A DNA stretch of 63,547 nucleotides, the filler included, from Saprolegnia diclina VS20 (Eukaryota): NCBI RefSeq assembly GCF_000281045.1. It is 5 parts of 2 records of this genome, joined end to end, with 100 filler letters (N's around TTAATTAATTAA, not from the genome) between each part and the next. Parts side by side here need not be neighbours in the genome. Positions count along the whole stretch, not along the records: positions 1 to 13,860 come from NW_008246091.1; 4 more parts are not named here. One strand, given 5' to 3'. Of the stretch, positions 1-12,026 are shown one piece after another. The notes under the pieces are model-generated. The model did no database searches and had not been told where the DNA came from. It saw nothing but the letters and a program-made list of their open reading frames with translations. The number at the start of each line of letters is the position of its first letter. Within the stretch, counting starts at the first letter, position 1. A program made the translations under genes and the position numbers.

Positions 1-976
1 CGCCTCGAAGTGCACCAATCTTTGCAGGCCGTAGAAGCATGTGTGTGATGCCACGTGGTGCCATAGAAATTCGGCTCACGTAGGAGCACATGGAGATGAT
101 GGCTCTCCCGTGCGCTGGCGACACGTTCGACAGATGCAGGCAACGTCACGTGCCTGGTCGCATGGTCGAAACGGGGTACTGAAGGCTACTTGTAGAGAGT
201 GCTTGCATCGTCCCAAGGCACTCTAGTCGACCCCAGCTGAGTCGACCCAAGTCACTCTAGTCGACTGTGTTGTGATCTTCTAGATCAAAGGACAGTAACG
301 TACAGGACAGCGCCACGGAACCTTCACTGCGCTCGTACGATTACACAACGGGCGACAAAGTCATGACTTACACCGCGTGCAACGATAGGTCGGCGCGTCA
401 CCGGCGTCGACGCGCTCGCCACGCTTTGGCAAATCTGCCCAAACGACTTGCGTCCGTAGTATACAAGGGTTCGATCTGTACACCGTCAGTGTGCTGCCTC
501 CATGCACTGGGAACGAGTTATAGCTTAATGAATGACGCCTTCGATCTGATAGCCAATCACACTACTTTGCCTGTCAGTGCCGCGAATCGAAAACCGCCTC
601 CATGAGCGACCTTCACTCGCGTGTGGATCGATAGCAGTATACTAGTCCAACCACCGACTGAGTGCTCGCCCGGAGCTCACGCCTTGTGGGATGCACACGG
701 TGTAGCCGCTCGGTATCTCGAGTGCTGGTAGTCGCTACGCATTTCGATCACCCTCGTGAGCCAGTTGCTCACTCTCGACGATTATACTTTACCGCGGCCG
801 CCATGCACCAACCGATTTGCGGTGGTATGCGCCAATGACGTTGCCTGCATCGGTGTCACCAGTGCACGGGAGAGCCATCACCTCCATGTGCTCCTACGTG
901 AGCCGAATTTCTATGGCACCACGTGGCATCACACACATGCTTCTACGGCCTGCAAAGATTGGTGCACTTCGAGGCG
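1..976. repeat. Inverted repeat: arm 1..148 is the reverse complement of arm 836..976, with a spacer of about 690 bp
   Basis: 1..95 (cgcctcgaagtgcaccaatc...ggagcacatggag) reads as the exact reverse complement of the segment ending at 976. The match continues with a few substitutions and one small indel to caacgtca (148) / tgacgttg (836). The left arm is cut by the window edge. Confidence 0.9.
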
Positions 977-1853
977 CACACACGTGGCAGCGCGTCGACG
1001 CAGTTTCGATACCACCTAACCCACTTTTCCTTTTGCCTCGCCCGAGCAGCTACCGACATGCAATCGACGCCCCAGCACGACTCTGCGCCGCAAGCCGGCA
1101 GCTACAACAGCGACGCNNNNNNNNNNNNNNNNNNNNNNNNNNNNNNNNNNNNNNNNNNNNNNNNNNNNNNNNNNNNNNNNNNNNNNNNNNNNNNNNNNNN
1201 NNNNNNNNNNNNNNNNNNNNNNNNNNNNNNNNNNNNNNNNNNNNNNNNNNNNNNNNNNNNNNNNNNNNNNNNNNNNNNNNNNNNNNNNNNNNNNNNNNNN
1301 NNNNNNNNNNNNNNNNNNNNNNNNNNNNNNNNNNNNNNNNNNNNNNNNNNNNNNNNNNNNNNNNNNNNNNNNNNNNNNNNNNNNNNNNNNNNNNNNNNNN
1401 NNNNNNNNNNNNNNNNNNNNNNNNNNNNNNNNNNNNNNNNNNNNNNNNNNNNNNNNNNNNNNNNNNNNNNNNNNNNNNNNNNNNNNNNNNNNNNNNNNNN
1501 NNNNNNNNNNNNNNNNNNNNNNNNNNNNNNNNNNNNNNNNNNNNNNNNNNNNNNNNNNNNNNNNNNNNNNNNNNNNNNNNNNNNNNNNNNNNNNNNNNNN
1601 NNNNNNNNNNNNNNNNNNNNNNNNNNNNNNNNNNNNNNNNNNNNNNNNNNNNNNNNNNNNNNNTTGTACTTGTACAGGGTTAATCTCGTCACCACGTTGT
1701 AGATGCCGTTGACATTGCACTGTTACTTGGACCGTCGATATGACGCGTCAGTAACCTTTGCGGTGTAGGGTCCACCGCCAACCACACGCAAACGTACGCA
1801 CAACAACAGGATGGTATTTGCTTAAATAAACCACGCACTCAACAGCAGAACGG

Positions 1854-3626
1854 TTAGCCGCAAATCGTACGGTTCATCGCATCGCGCACGGGCTTGCCGT
1901 CGCCGCCGGCAATGCGGAGACACGACGTGGCGCTGTACAGCGACATGATGTTGGTCGTCACGGAGAACACGAGCGCCGCGACGTAGCAGACAACAATGAT
2001 GACAGCCGCCGACGCGTGCGTGCCGCCGCGTTTCTTGAGCCACTGGACAGCGGCCTTTTGGTGCGGCAATAGCGGTAGAAACGCCAGGGACGCCAACTGC
2101 ATCCCGTATGCAATCAGAAATGTATACGTGACTTGCCACCGCACGTGGTTTGTGTCGGTCGCGAGGTCGTCGGCCTCCGTGTCAAAGAACGAGTCGACGT
2201 ACTTGTAGACCATGGTCGCCACCGGGTCCGAGAGGTTGACGATCGACGTAATAAGCGAGTGCACGGCGCCTTCGTTGCCCACGTCCGCGATCTCGACGGC
2301 GCAAAATGCCGAGATCACAAAGCGCACCGCGCCGGGGATCGTGTCGGGGGTCGTGACGCCCATAAAGAAAAATTGGTTCCGGACCACGTCCCAGGTTGTA
2401 CACAGCATGACGGACCCGTCGATGACGACTTCTGCGATCGTTGCAATCGCAATCGCGCGGCGCCAGTTCATGTTGACGCCCCAGCGGCCGACAGCAAAGA
2501 TGCAGGCCGACATGAGCAGCGTGTTGAGCACGTCAAAGCCGGCACTAACGAGCGGCTCGACATGGGCCCACTGCATCGGGATGATCGCGGCGGCGGTCGC
2601 GTAGAAGTTGTAGCAAAAATTGCTCAAAAAGCGGAACGCGCAGATTTGCCACGTCACGCGCAGTGTCAAGAGGCGCCAGAGCGTGCTCACGTAGTAGCGC
2701 AGCATTGGGCGAAACTCGCGGTCTTCTTGAACGAGAAAAATGACACATAGAATCGCAAACGCGCACGGGAGCAGCATGATGCCGTACAGCACGTTAATGC
2801 TCAGCGCCCAGTCAAAGCTGCCGCCAAATTCGTGCCCGTTGAGACAAAAGCCTGTAATGAGCGACGGCAAGAGCGACGCCGCGTACCGCGTGCCGTAGAT
2901 CGCCGACTGGAGCTTCCCACGCGTCGCAATCGGCTCACGCTGGGCGTACTGAACGACCATGGCGTCGGCGGCCACGTCCGCTAGGACATAGCCAAAGCTC
3001 GCAATGCTCGAGAGGAGGATGTAGTAGAGCGCCTCGCTCTTCGCCGACATGTGCAACATCGCGACTTGGGCTTCCGAGAGGTCTGAGAAGTCACCGCCAC
3101 GGACACGCGGAATGACGTCGTCGGTGAGGTTGGCCGCGAGGGCGCGCGGGAGGTACGGGTCGGGGAACGGCCGGAACGCGAGCCCACAGAGCGCGGCGAT
3201 GCAGAGGAGCCACCCGATGATCATATACGGTTTGCGCTTGAGGCCAAAGAGCGGAAAGCAGTCGGTGAGGACACCAAAGAAGATCTTGAGCGACCACGAA
3301 ATGCTCACAAGCGTCGTGTAGGACGCGACTTGGTACCCGGAGAAATTGAGGTACTGCGTGTAGACGGGGTACGCGAGCGCTGGCAAGAAACCGTAGATGA
3401 CGCCAACGGCCACGTACTGCCCGAGGAGCCCGATGGCTTCGGCGCTCGTGAGGTCGAGCGCGCCGCCGGGCCGCAAGGCGCCGTTCGGGTCGTCGGTCTC
3501 GGAGATCTTGTGCGGGTAAAACTCGTAGCTGTCGTGGCCGCGGCTCGGGTACGCGGTGAGCGTCTCGGCGTACAGCGTGTCGTCGTAGAGCCAAATGCCA
3601 TCGTTCGACTTGGCCGACGGCTGCAT
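1854..3626 (-). CDS. Folate-biopterin transporter (FBT/BT1, MFS) family protein
   Basis: Uninterrupted ORF with many hydrophobic helices and the BT1-type motifs WSLKIFFGVLTDCFPLFGLKRKPYMIIGW and DVAADAMVVQYAQREP..RGKLQS. Start placed at MQPSAK; the ORF opens at 3668. Confidence 0.88.
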   Translation of the reverse strand: MQPSAKSNDGIWLYDDTLYAETLTAYPSRGHDSYEFYPHKISETDDPNGALRPGGALDLTSAEAIGLLGQYVAVGVIYGFLPALAYPVYTQYLNFSGYQVASYTTLVSISWSLKIFFGVLTDCFPLFGLKRKPYMIIGWLLCIAALCGLAFRPFPDPYLPRALAANLTDDVIPRVRGGDFSDLSEAQVAMLHMSAKSEALYYILLSSIASFGYVLADVAADAMVVQYAQREPIATRGKLQSAIYGTRYAASLLPSLITGFCLNGHEFGGSFDWALSINVLYGIMLLPCAFAILCVIFLVQEDREFRPMLRYYVSTLWRLLTLRVTWQICAFRFLSNFCYNFYATAAAIIPMQWAHVEPLVSAGFDVLNTLLMSACIFAVGRWGVNMNWRRAIAIATIAEVVIDGSVMLCTTWDVVRNQFFFMGVTTPDTIPGAVRFVISAFCAVEIADVGNEGAVHSLITSIVNLSDPVATMVYKYVDSFFDTEADDLATDTNHVRWQVTYTFLIAYGMQLASLAFLPLLPHQKAAVQWLKKRGGTHASAAVIIVVCYVAALVFSVTTNIMSLYSATSCLRIAGGDGKPVRDAMNRTICG

Positions 3627-4765
3627 CACGCACGGCAAAAGGCAAAGTGGATAATGATGGATGTGCACGTCCCACGCGATCAGACTTTTCTCAGGCGTGA
3701 CAGGGTCGTTGCGCGATGTTGGCGCGCCTGATCAAGGGCATCCCGCGTACGTTGACGTCAGACGACGCGAGAATCATGCCCAAAGTCCAGGAGAAAACGA
3801 CAAGGGGACTCGAGGGGCATCGAGAGGACCCGCCGTTGCGACTACATTGGCATGCAAAGACACCCCATGTCGCCCGATGACTCGCAATGACACAGTGACG
3901 AACGGACGCCCGTCATCAAGGGTCAATAAACAAGGGTTTGTATTCGACGTCGACGTCATAGACGTCATCATTATGGCCCACGGATCTGATCCGGGTCACC
4001 AGATGTTGCATCCCACGTCAATATGGGTGGATCATCTGATAATGACACACGAACGTTGCAGAACCAAAATGCAGTGTGACCTGACCAGGCACAGCTACCG
4101 CTGCAAAATATGTGCCTACCAGCACACATTTGTCGATATCCCTCGAGTGGGTGAAGCTATGACATAAGAGTGCTGGGTTTCTCTTGGGCGTTGAGCTATC
4201 TATCACTCGACATCACATGAAACCAGAAACCTCGAGAGATCTCGAATTCGAAGCCAATCGTATGGGTCGTTGCGAAGGCCGTGCTCTCCGACAAGGGTCA
4301 GGAGACATGCATTTGTACTAGTATGGACCCAGAAGGCCCTTGCCTTTGATGCGTACCGCCTGATATATGAGGCCAGTTGTGTAAGTGCGTCCGTGTGTCA
4401 CTTTCTGGTTTTGTTGACGTCGAAATTGCATACCACGCTTGAACTCGCAAACTTGCCATATGCAGTTAAGCGTATACTAGTACTGTTTTGCAACCGAAGG
4501 CGCCATGCAAACCACCGGTTACTCGTTGGCACGCGCATTTCTCTCATTCTCGACAACCAAGTCTTTGCATGACCGCTGTGTCTTTGCATCTAGCGACGAA
4601 AAGCCGCGCGCCAACAGGCTTTTCAACCTGCAGCATTTGATTCTACAATGAAACCCTCTCTACCACAAGTACAGGATCATCCCAAGCTCATCGTTGTCCA
4701 CATTTCGTCACGTTTGGAACATTGGCAATCGCAAGCAAAAACGTACTAGTATGTTCGTGACTCGT

Positions 4766-6031
4766 CTACTTCAAGCTTCGAACGCTCTGAATATCCGCAT
4801 TGAGCGCTGCAATCCGCTTCTCCTCGGAGCGTACGTGGGCGTGCGGCAGCTTGGGTCCTGCGGTCGTGCCCCGGGGCGGCTTCATGCCGAGTTTGATCGT
4901 CGATACGTTGTTGCGCTTGCGCTCAACAACCCGGGGTGCAATGTCGGGAAACTGAACATTCTTTGGGATCGGCAGGCCCGTCTCGAGCTTGTCGCCGTCC
5001 AAGTCGACATAGTCGGGAAAGTTTGGGTCCACCTATAGACGGCCACATACATCAGATCTTTTGCAACCGCTGTCGCTTGCGAATCATACCCGCCGGTTGG
5101 ACACGATGCTGTGGTGCACCGTGTTGGCTTGGGCCCCAAAGATGTCGGCAACGTTATTGGTTGCGATAAACGTCCGTCGAACAGCGTTCGGAATTCCACC
5201 GACAATGCCTTTCTGACTGTCTTCGGGGTTGGCGCCCTAGTCCCATCGGGTACGATGTGGTATCTTGTAAGCATTGTACCTTGATATCCTTTGTCTGCAG
5301 TGGGTAAAACGGGTGGTTCTTGAGCTCATACGGCTTCTTGGCATACGAAAGCGGATCGTCCGCAATTGGGAATCCGTTGACGACATATTCAGGCCGAAGA
5401 TTGTCCCTAGCTCTCTTTTTTCACCCAAAATCCCTCGCAAACAAACTGTACGTGACGCGCTTCGTCTTGAAGCCAACATGGGTGATGTCGCTGCAGTCGA
5501 GAATATCCCGCTCTTTCTTGCGCAATTCATGCCAATGCGCCGTGGCGCCAGGGACATCGCTCTACGGCCTCATCACTCGACCGCCCTTTTTGTTTCAAAC
5601 GTACGACGTTCATCGTGTCGCGGGGTGGGCGCGCATGCAGCGGTCGCATGCGCGTGCCTTCGATATCGTCGACTTGGTACGAGTCCCGGAGAAACCGCGG
5701 CGGGACTAGCGGCGCAGGCTCACACTGCGGCAGCGGGTACCTACACAAGAGCCACATCAAGGTCCTCGACTATACGACTTGCTCGTTCGTACTTGGGGTT
5801 GAGAGGATTAACAACGCGGTTGGTAGTAAAACCCGTGTGGGACGGACTCGACCCTTCGATCGGCAGCTGCTGGAACTGCGGGTTCGCGCCCTTGTTCCAC
5901 TGCGACGGGTGCAGTTGGCGGCTGTGCGAGCCGCTCACGTCGGCCGTCGGTGGCTTGTGTGTGTACATGTACGGCTTCAAGCATGGCTTGGCGCCCGCGA
6001 TGTCGTCGACGTAGTTGGTCACGCGGGGCAT
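4766..6031 (-). CDS. Multi-exon hypothetical protein with recurring D[IV]xG[AST] and NPLxPxY-type repeats
   Basis: Exonic frames give DDIAGAKP, DVSGSHSR, IEGSSP, RVVNPLNPK/YPLP, DDIEGTR, DIFGAQ and VDPNFPDY, separated by short GT..AG introns. The 5' end is uncertain. Confidence 0.6.
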
Positions 6032-6265
6032 CGTTCCTGCAACGCCTGCCCAGAATAGGGTCGTTTATCCGGTGGGTAACCCTACCCCTATGGTGGTACC
6101 CTACCCCTATGTTGGTATTCTACATTGCTCCAGTGTAGCACGCTGTCTAGTCCGGAAAGGAAAATATTGACCACCAATATACGTGCCGAGTAGCCACAGT
6201 GTCGAGGGAGATAGCGTGTATCGAGTACAATCAGATGCACGTGTATTCTGTCCAAGGGCCCGACG

Positions 6266-9200
6266 CTATTGCCCCAAGAACGCCTCGAGGCTTGCGGTTT
6301 TGACCTGGAATTCGCTCGAGGACGCGACGTCGTCATCGATGGGTGCGGAGGCGGCAACGGGCGCCGTGACGCCCTTGTCCTTTTTGAAAAAAGTCTTTTT
6401 GGGCTTGTCGACCTTTTTCTCGGCTTTCTTCTCTGCTTTTTTGTCAGCTTTCTTCTTGGCTTCCTAGTCCAATTTCTTTATAATCAACATTTGCCAAACG
6501 TGAAAGACGTACATGAGCAGGCACGACCGTGCGCTTGACGCAAGCGATGAGTTGCTTCATGCGGTCGACCCGCTTTGCACTGGCCTCGTCCAAGATCCCT
6601 GGCATCTCTGAGATAACAGCACGTTCTGTGAACCTTCTCTTACCTTGGAGCTCGATCTCTTTGAGCTGCGCGTGCAGATCGTCGAGCGTCGCTTTTTTGG
6701 TCAAGATGTCGTACAGCAAGGTCATGCTCTCGAGGCATTTGGCCCAATCGTCGTCCGATCGAAGGCCGCTTCGACGCATCTCGCTCTCGTATTTTGAAAA
6801 GAACGTTCGCAGATTCTGCACCGCACGCATGATTGTCCCTCCACGTTGAAGGACAATGGAAACGCGTACCGTCGTATCGGTCTGCACGCGACTTGCCGCG
6901 ATATCGCAATTGAACGGCGCCGTGCGCGCAAGAAAGCGCTTGGTATATTCTTCCACGCAGCTAGTCGATCCCGATGAGATAATGCATCGAGAAGAATGGA
7001 TTCGTCAAGACCGGTCCAACGCCAGACGCAACACGCGGGCGTTGAAGAACGAGCTGCTAATCCACTGGCGAATGTCCGCGCCGTAGTCTTCAATGGTCGC
7101 CAGCAAGTTGGCAACCACGGGCTCGTCGTCGTCCCACTTTTTCCCGAGCCAGTGCGCTGTGGTCTCCTACGCCTCGATGAGGCGCGTCACGCACACGATG
7201 ACGCACCGCTTCAAGGTCGGCAAAGATCTTGGAGACCACCAAGCTGCACACATCGACCGCGAGCTGGACGATGTCTACCATCGTTCTTTATAGAGTGGTG
7301 CCGAAGTGGCAGCGAGATGTACCGGCCGACGTCGCGTCCAAGAGGTCCCCGAGACCTGTCTGGAGCTTTTGCTTCTCTTCGTTTGGGTCGGCGGCACCGG
7401 GAAAAGCGATACCGTCAACCAATTCCAAGCACTTGGACTACATCGACGCGGTTGATACAAAGAACATCAGTTGGAGAATACCTGGAGAACGTCCGTGTCG
7501 TTGATGAACGAGCAGAGCGCTTCGATGTCCGTGTTGGCGAGATGTGCTGCAAAATAGTCCTTGCGCGCCGAGAGCTGCCGCATGAGTGCCGACAGGCATG
7601 TCTACGTCATCAAATGTCCATAGTTGTCACACAAAACGCAAAATAACACGAATAAAACGTTAAAAAACGTTAAAAAAAACACAGAAACGTGACGCACCCC
7701 GACAACTTTGGCCAAGAGGAGGCCGCCGAGCCATTCTTGGGCGATCGACACTTGGGAGCTGAGAATATTCATTATGTCGTTGGGACGCGTCGAGTGCAGT
7801 TCGCCGGCCGGCCCCACGATCGTCTCTTCGTCGCGGTTGTAAATGTTGGTCACCCACGTCGACACTTGGTCCTACACCAACGTTTTGTCATATAATTGTG
7901 TCATATCGACTATGTTGCATGTACAGAAATGCCTTCCAGGTACAACTTCATCATGAGACTCGCCGTGTTGTCGAGGATCTGCGACGGCGTCGCTTGCTTG
8001 TACTTGCCAACCTACGATGAGTCGCGATTTGTCCGACCCAATGCGACCATAATGGCGTACTTCGGTGTTGAAGTAGTCGACCCATTGAATGAGCTGGAGC
8101 TTTTGGCCGACGCCAAGATCGGTTTTTGAGCAAATCTTGGTCAACTAGGCACCACCCAGCTCGCAAGCGCCTTGTGAATCGCTCGCTCGTACGTGTTCCT
8201 CGAGTGCAGCGTTGTAGCCATCGGCAAACACTTGAACAGCATCAAGCTGTGGCGGAAAGCATCCAGCGACGTCGCGGTCGACACTCTCAAAGTCGAGGAC
8301 GAGGCTCGAGGCTGCTTGAAGCATCCCGTTGAACGCCTAACGTACATGAAAGGTAGCGAATCGATATGAAAAATAGACGCAGCTGTGGCACCTCGTTGAA
8401 GGGCTTGTCCTTGGCTATCGCAGCAAACATGTCAAACACACGGGTCTTGAGCGACGTCTCGAGCTGGTCGCGGCAGAGGACATAGAACGACGGCATGGCT
8501 TCTTCGGGCACGGCCGCGAGCGTATTCGTCAAGTAGACTTTACCGGCGTCGATGCGCTTGCGTCGGCGTCTACAAAAGACAATATTTCCACAATCTGCAA
8601 ATAAAAAATGCACTTTTCAAGCACGTCCAGCAGCTGAAATGCATCGAGAAGCCGCTTCTTGTCGAATTGAACCATTTCGATGCAGTTGATGACAATGGTC
8701 CACGCGCCGTTCAAGATCGTTTGGCCCAAGTACACGAAATATACCGTCAAGAAATACGTAATAATCGACCAGAAATCCACCGAAACGTAAAAATTGGCGG
8801 AAAGGATATCTTTTCGACGCCATCGATGCGCGACTGGATCGCTGCCAGCGCCTTGGGTACGTGCTTGCTACGAGCGCATGACGATGAAGCTCAAGCACAA
8901 GGCGGTACCTCGAGAACATGTCGTCTTGGTTGTCGTGCTGCGACGCGTGGAGCTACATATTCGGCGTCAAAGCGAGTGTGCCCAAGTCGTCCGTACCTGG
9001 TGGAGCATCTTTTGGCGCCACTCGTCGCAGGCATACCACTTGGTAAACACTGGTAGGAGCTCACCGAGGCTCGTCTGCACCGTGTACTGGAGCTCGTCGA
9101 GCTTGCGCGGCAGCTCTTCGTAGAGCGTGAGCTGGCTCTGGAGCTCCTTGAGGTTGCGCCGCGCGATGCTGACCTCGGACGCGACGCCTTCGTCGCCGAG

Positions 9201-9506
9201 CTCCTTGCGCATGCGCTGGCAGTTCGCGCCCATCTCTTTGAGCGACGACGTCACATCCTCGAGCGGCTCGTCGCAGTCGAGCAACGCCGACGCGCGCTCG
9301 ATCTCGTCGATCTGCGCTTGGACAAAGCCGCCGAGCTGCCCTTTCGTGCTCTCGTCCTTCTGGAGGTAGTCGTACTTGATCTCTGCGAGCTGCTGCGTGT
9401 TGACGACGTCGCTCGCGTCCTTGAGTCGCATGCGGATGGCCTCGACCGGGTCCCGCGCCTGCGCCTCTAGCCGCGCGATCGTGCTGCTGCTGGTCGTCGT
9501 CGCCAT
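6266..9506 (-). CDS. SEC6: Exocyst complex component Sec6/EXOC3-like, multi-exon
   Basis: The first exon QQLAEIKYDYLQKDESTKGQLGGFVQAQIDEIERASALL resembles the Sec6 N-terminus. Many helical exons follow on the same strand, ending in a Lys-rich tail ...KTASLEAFLGQ* (TAG at 6266-6268). Confidence 0.75.
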
Positions 9507-9928
9507 GCTGCGAGATGGGATCTTTTGCAATCTTTCGCGTATCCAAATATAGAGGTTATATTGCAATATGTAATATTACGGGTTATCGATTTATCTGGTA
9601 TATCGATTATGCACTTTAAGAGGTTTCGCGGACACAACCTCCCACACATCGATATATGTAAGCTAACGTGGTCCCATACTACATTACCCTTGCAGTCCAC
9701 GCAAGCAAGCTCGCTGAGAACTGCAAATATATATTGGTCAGTCCATTGTCTCGACAGTCAAAGCTCACGTAGTTGACCAGCCACTGCTGCAAGGCCTTCA
9801 ACACGGTCCAGCGTCATCGTCCACTCTCTGATTCACTGGCTGTATATTAATTCCACCAATCAACGCCGCTTCCATATTCCAATAGCCAATCACACGCCAC
9901 GTCGTCGGACGCCAGCATATTCGCTGCC

Positions 9929-10576
9929 ATGGGCAACCCCAAGCTCGAGCCCAACGCGTGGCTGGTCGTGCTCGACCTCGAGGCGACCTGCGGCCTCGAC
10001 GTGCCATGGTACGAGAAGGAGATCATCGAGGTCCGCGCCCTCGTCGTCTCGGTCGCCCAGCACACGGCCATCGCCGAGTTCCACGCGTACGTCCGGCCGG
10101 CCACGTACACGGCGCCGCTGGACCCGCTCTGCCTCTCGCTGACCGGCGTGACGCAGGCGCAGGTCGATGCTGCGCTGCCGTTTCGCCGTGTCTTCGAAGA
10201 CCTCGTGGCATTCTGCGCACCGTACGAGCGCCATGGGATCGTCGTCTCGGTCGACGAGTGGGACGTGACGACGATGCTGCCGGCGCAGTGCGCCCGGGAC
10301 GAGGTGCCGCTGCCGGCCTTTTTCCGCCGCCACCTGACGCTCAAGAGCGTGTGCAAGGACGTGTTTGGGTCGACGCCCGTCGACGTGATTGCGATCTTGC
10401 TGCGCTTGGAGATGCCGTTGGCCCGGTACTACGATGGCGGGATCACGTACGGCCGGCACCTCGTCGCCATGGTGGTCCACCTGCTCGCGAGCGGTGTTAT
10501 CTTTGAGACCGAGTCGCAGCGCAAGCACCGCGAGCGCAACGACTATAGCGTTGAGGTGGCAACGCTCTTGACGTGA
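9929..10576 (+). CDS. ERI1/3'hExo-like DEDDh exonuclease-fold protein with a degenerate ExoIII motif
   Basis: LVVLDLEATC (ExoI), EIIE, FHAYVRP, CLSLTGVTQAQVDAA and EWDV (ExoII). Single exon. Confidence 0.8.
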   Translation: MGNPKLEPNAWLVVLDLEATCGLDVPWYEKEIIEVRALVVSVAQHTAIAEFHAYVRPATYTAPLDPLCLSLTGVTQAQVDAALPFRRVFEDLVAFCAPYERHGIVVSVDEWDVTTMLPAQCARDEVPLPAFFRRHLTLKSVCKDVFGSTPVDVIAILLRLEMPLARYYDGGITYGRHLVAMVVHLLASGVIFETESQRKHRERNDYSVEVATLLT

Positions 10577-10907
10577 CAAGACCGTCCATCGATTTGCGTT
10601 TCTCTTCCATGCAAGCGTGCCTTCGTATGTGTTGGGTACATTGCACACATTGTCTGGAGAGGCATGGCCAATGTTGTCTCGAGTCGAGCAACGATAGTAC
10701 GTCGTCCGATGCTACGAGTCGTAGAGCGCTTCCATTTGACTTACATAGCAATGACAGGCTTGGACGCCATTCAACATACACTTGCGCCCCAGGTGCCACA
10801 CGTTGTCCGTCATCATCCCAATAACAAACCATCATCAAAACGCACACATTGTCATGTTATCGTCATGGCCATGGTATACACCGAATGGACACTTGCATCG
10901 ACGATGT

Positions 10908-12026
10908 TTACTTGCCCGGGTGCAGACCGAGCTGGCCCGGCGACGGCTCGCCCGTGACTTCGCCAAAGTACAAGGCGAACGTGGCCTTGAGCTCTTCAAT
11001 CTTGGCGCGGTCTTCCATCCACGTCTGGAACTCGAGCGAGTTGGCGCGCTTGATGTCCCAGGGCTGCACGCCGCTGGCCGGCGGCACGTCCGTGCGCGAC
11101 GAGAAGCCGGCCATGAGGCTCGACTGCACCTCCTTGGAGACGATCCAGTTGACAAAGAGCTTGGCCGCGGCCACATGCGGCGCCTTCTTGAGAATCGCAA
11201 TGCGCTGGCCCCACGCGAGGTAGTCGGACGACGCGTTGGCGCCCGTGATCTCCTTGATCGAGCTCGAGTTGGTCGCTGGCGCCGAGCCCGCGACGCCGAT
11301 CGCCTTGCGCTGCGCTGTCACCGCGAGGTCGGGCGTGTGCGAGCCGCGCTTGAACTCGATCTGCTGCGCCGCGAGCTTCTTGACCCAGTCCCAGCCGTAC
11401 GCCTTGACGTAGCGGTCGTAGACAAACAAGGTCGCATCGTCGTCGTGGGGATACGCGGACGCGATGAGACCCGCGTACTTGGGGTCGGCGAGGTCCTTGG
11501 CCGTCGCGGGGGCCGAAAGCCCCTTCTTTTGCAATAGCGCCTCGTCGTAAAAGTAGCTAAACGTAAAGACCGCGTGCGAGAGCCAGTTGCCGTCCGGGTC
11601 CGTGAAACCCTTGTAGACGTCGCTGAAACCGTTGGGCTTGTACGGCAGGAGCTTGCCCTGCTTCTTCCAGCGCGGGTAGTCGTTGAGCGTCTGGAGCGCA
11701 ACGACGTCCGCGACAAGCGAATTCGTCTCGAGCTGGTTGTCGATGCGCACGTTGTGGTACTTGCTGTAGTCGACGACCATGGTGAGGTTCATCTTGGGAA
11801 ACGCGGCGCGGAAGGCGTCGGCCACGTAGTCTTGCTGCTGCGCGGTGTCGCCGCCGTGGTACACGACGAGGTTGCCGCCTTCCTTGAGCGCCTCTTCGTA
11901 CAGCGTCTTGATCGACTTGGTCTCTTCGTCATTGCCCGACGGCGGCGCCTTGGTCTTGCGGTACGCGCTCGCGTCTTCGAGCAGGAAGAGCAGCGGGAGA
12001 AGTGCAACGAGGCGGAAGAGCTGCAT
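10908..12026 (-). CDS. Secreted ABC-type periplasmic solute-binding protein homologue (Fe3+/thiamine/polyamine-type fold), copy A
   Basis: Signal peptide MQLFRLVALLPLLFLLEDASA, then LYEEALKEGGNLVVY, LLPYKP, DLADPKYAG and APHVAAAKLFVNWIVSKEVQ. Intronless. Confidence 0.85.
   Translation of the reverse strand: MQLFRLVALLPLLFLLEDASAYRKTKAPPSGNDEETKSIKTLYEEALKEGGNLVVYHGGDTAQQQDYVADAFRAAFPKMNLTMVVDYSKYHNVRIDNQLETNSLVADVVALQTLNDYPRWKKQGKLLPYKPNGFSDVYKGFTDPDGNWLSHAVFTFSYFYDEALLQKKGLSAPATAKDLADPKYAGLIASAYPHDDDATLFVYDRYVKAYGWDWVKKLAAQQIEFKRGSHTPDLAVTAQRKAIGVAGSAPATNSSSIKEITGANASSDYLAWGQRIAILKKAPHVAAAKLFVNWIVSKEVQSSLMAGFSSRTDVPPASGVQPWDIKRANSLEFQTWMEDRAKIEELKATFALYFGEVTGEPSPGQLGLHPGK

Noticed and set aside
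817..1720. Long ORFs spanning N-runs (also 41301-43676, 56924-57196 and 59798-60573)
   Set aside because: Their length is an artefact of Ns containing no stop codons.
3753..4020. Cluster of (T)GACGTCA CRE-like sites upstream of the FBT transporter
   Set aside because: GACGTC and GTCGAC words are very common throughout this window, so enrichment cannot be claimed by eye.
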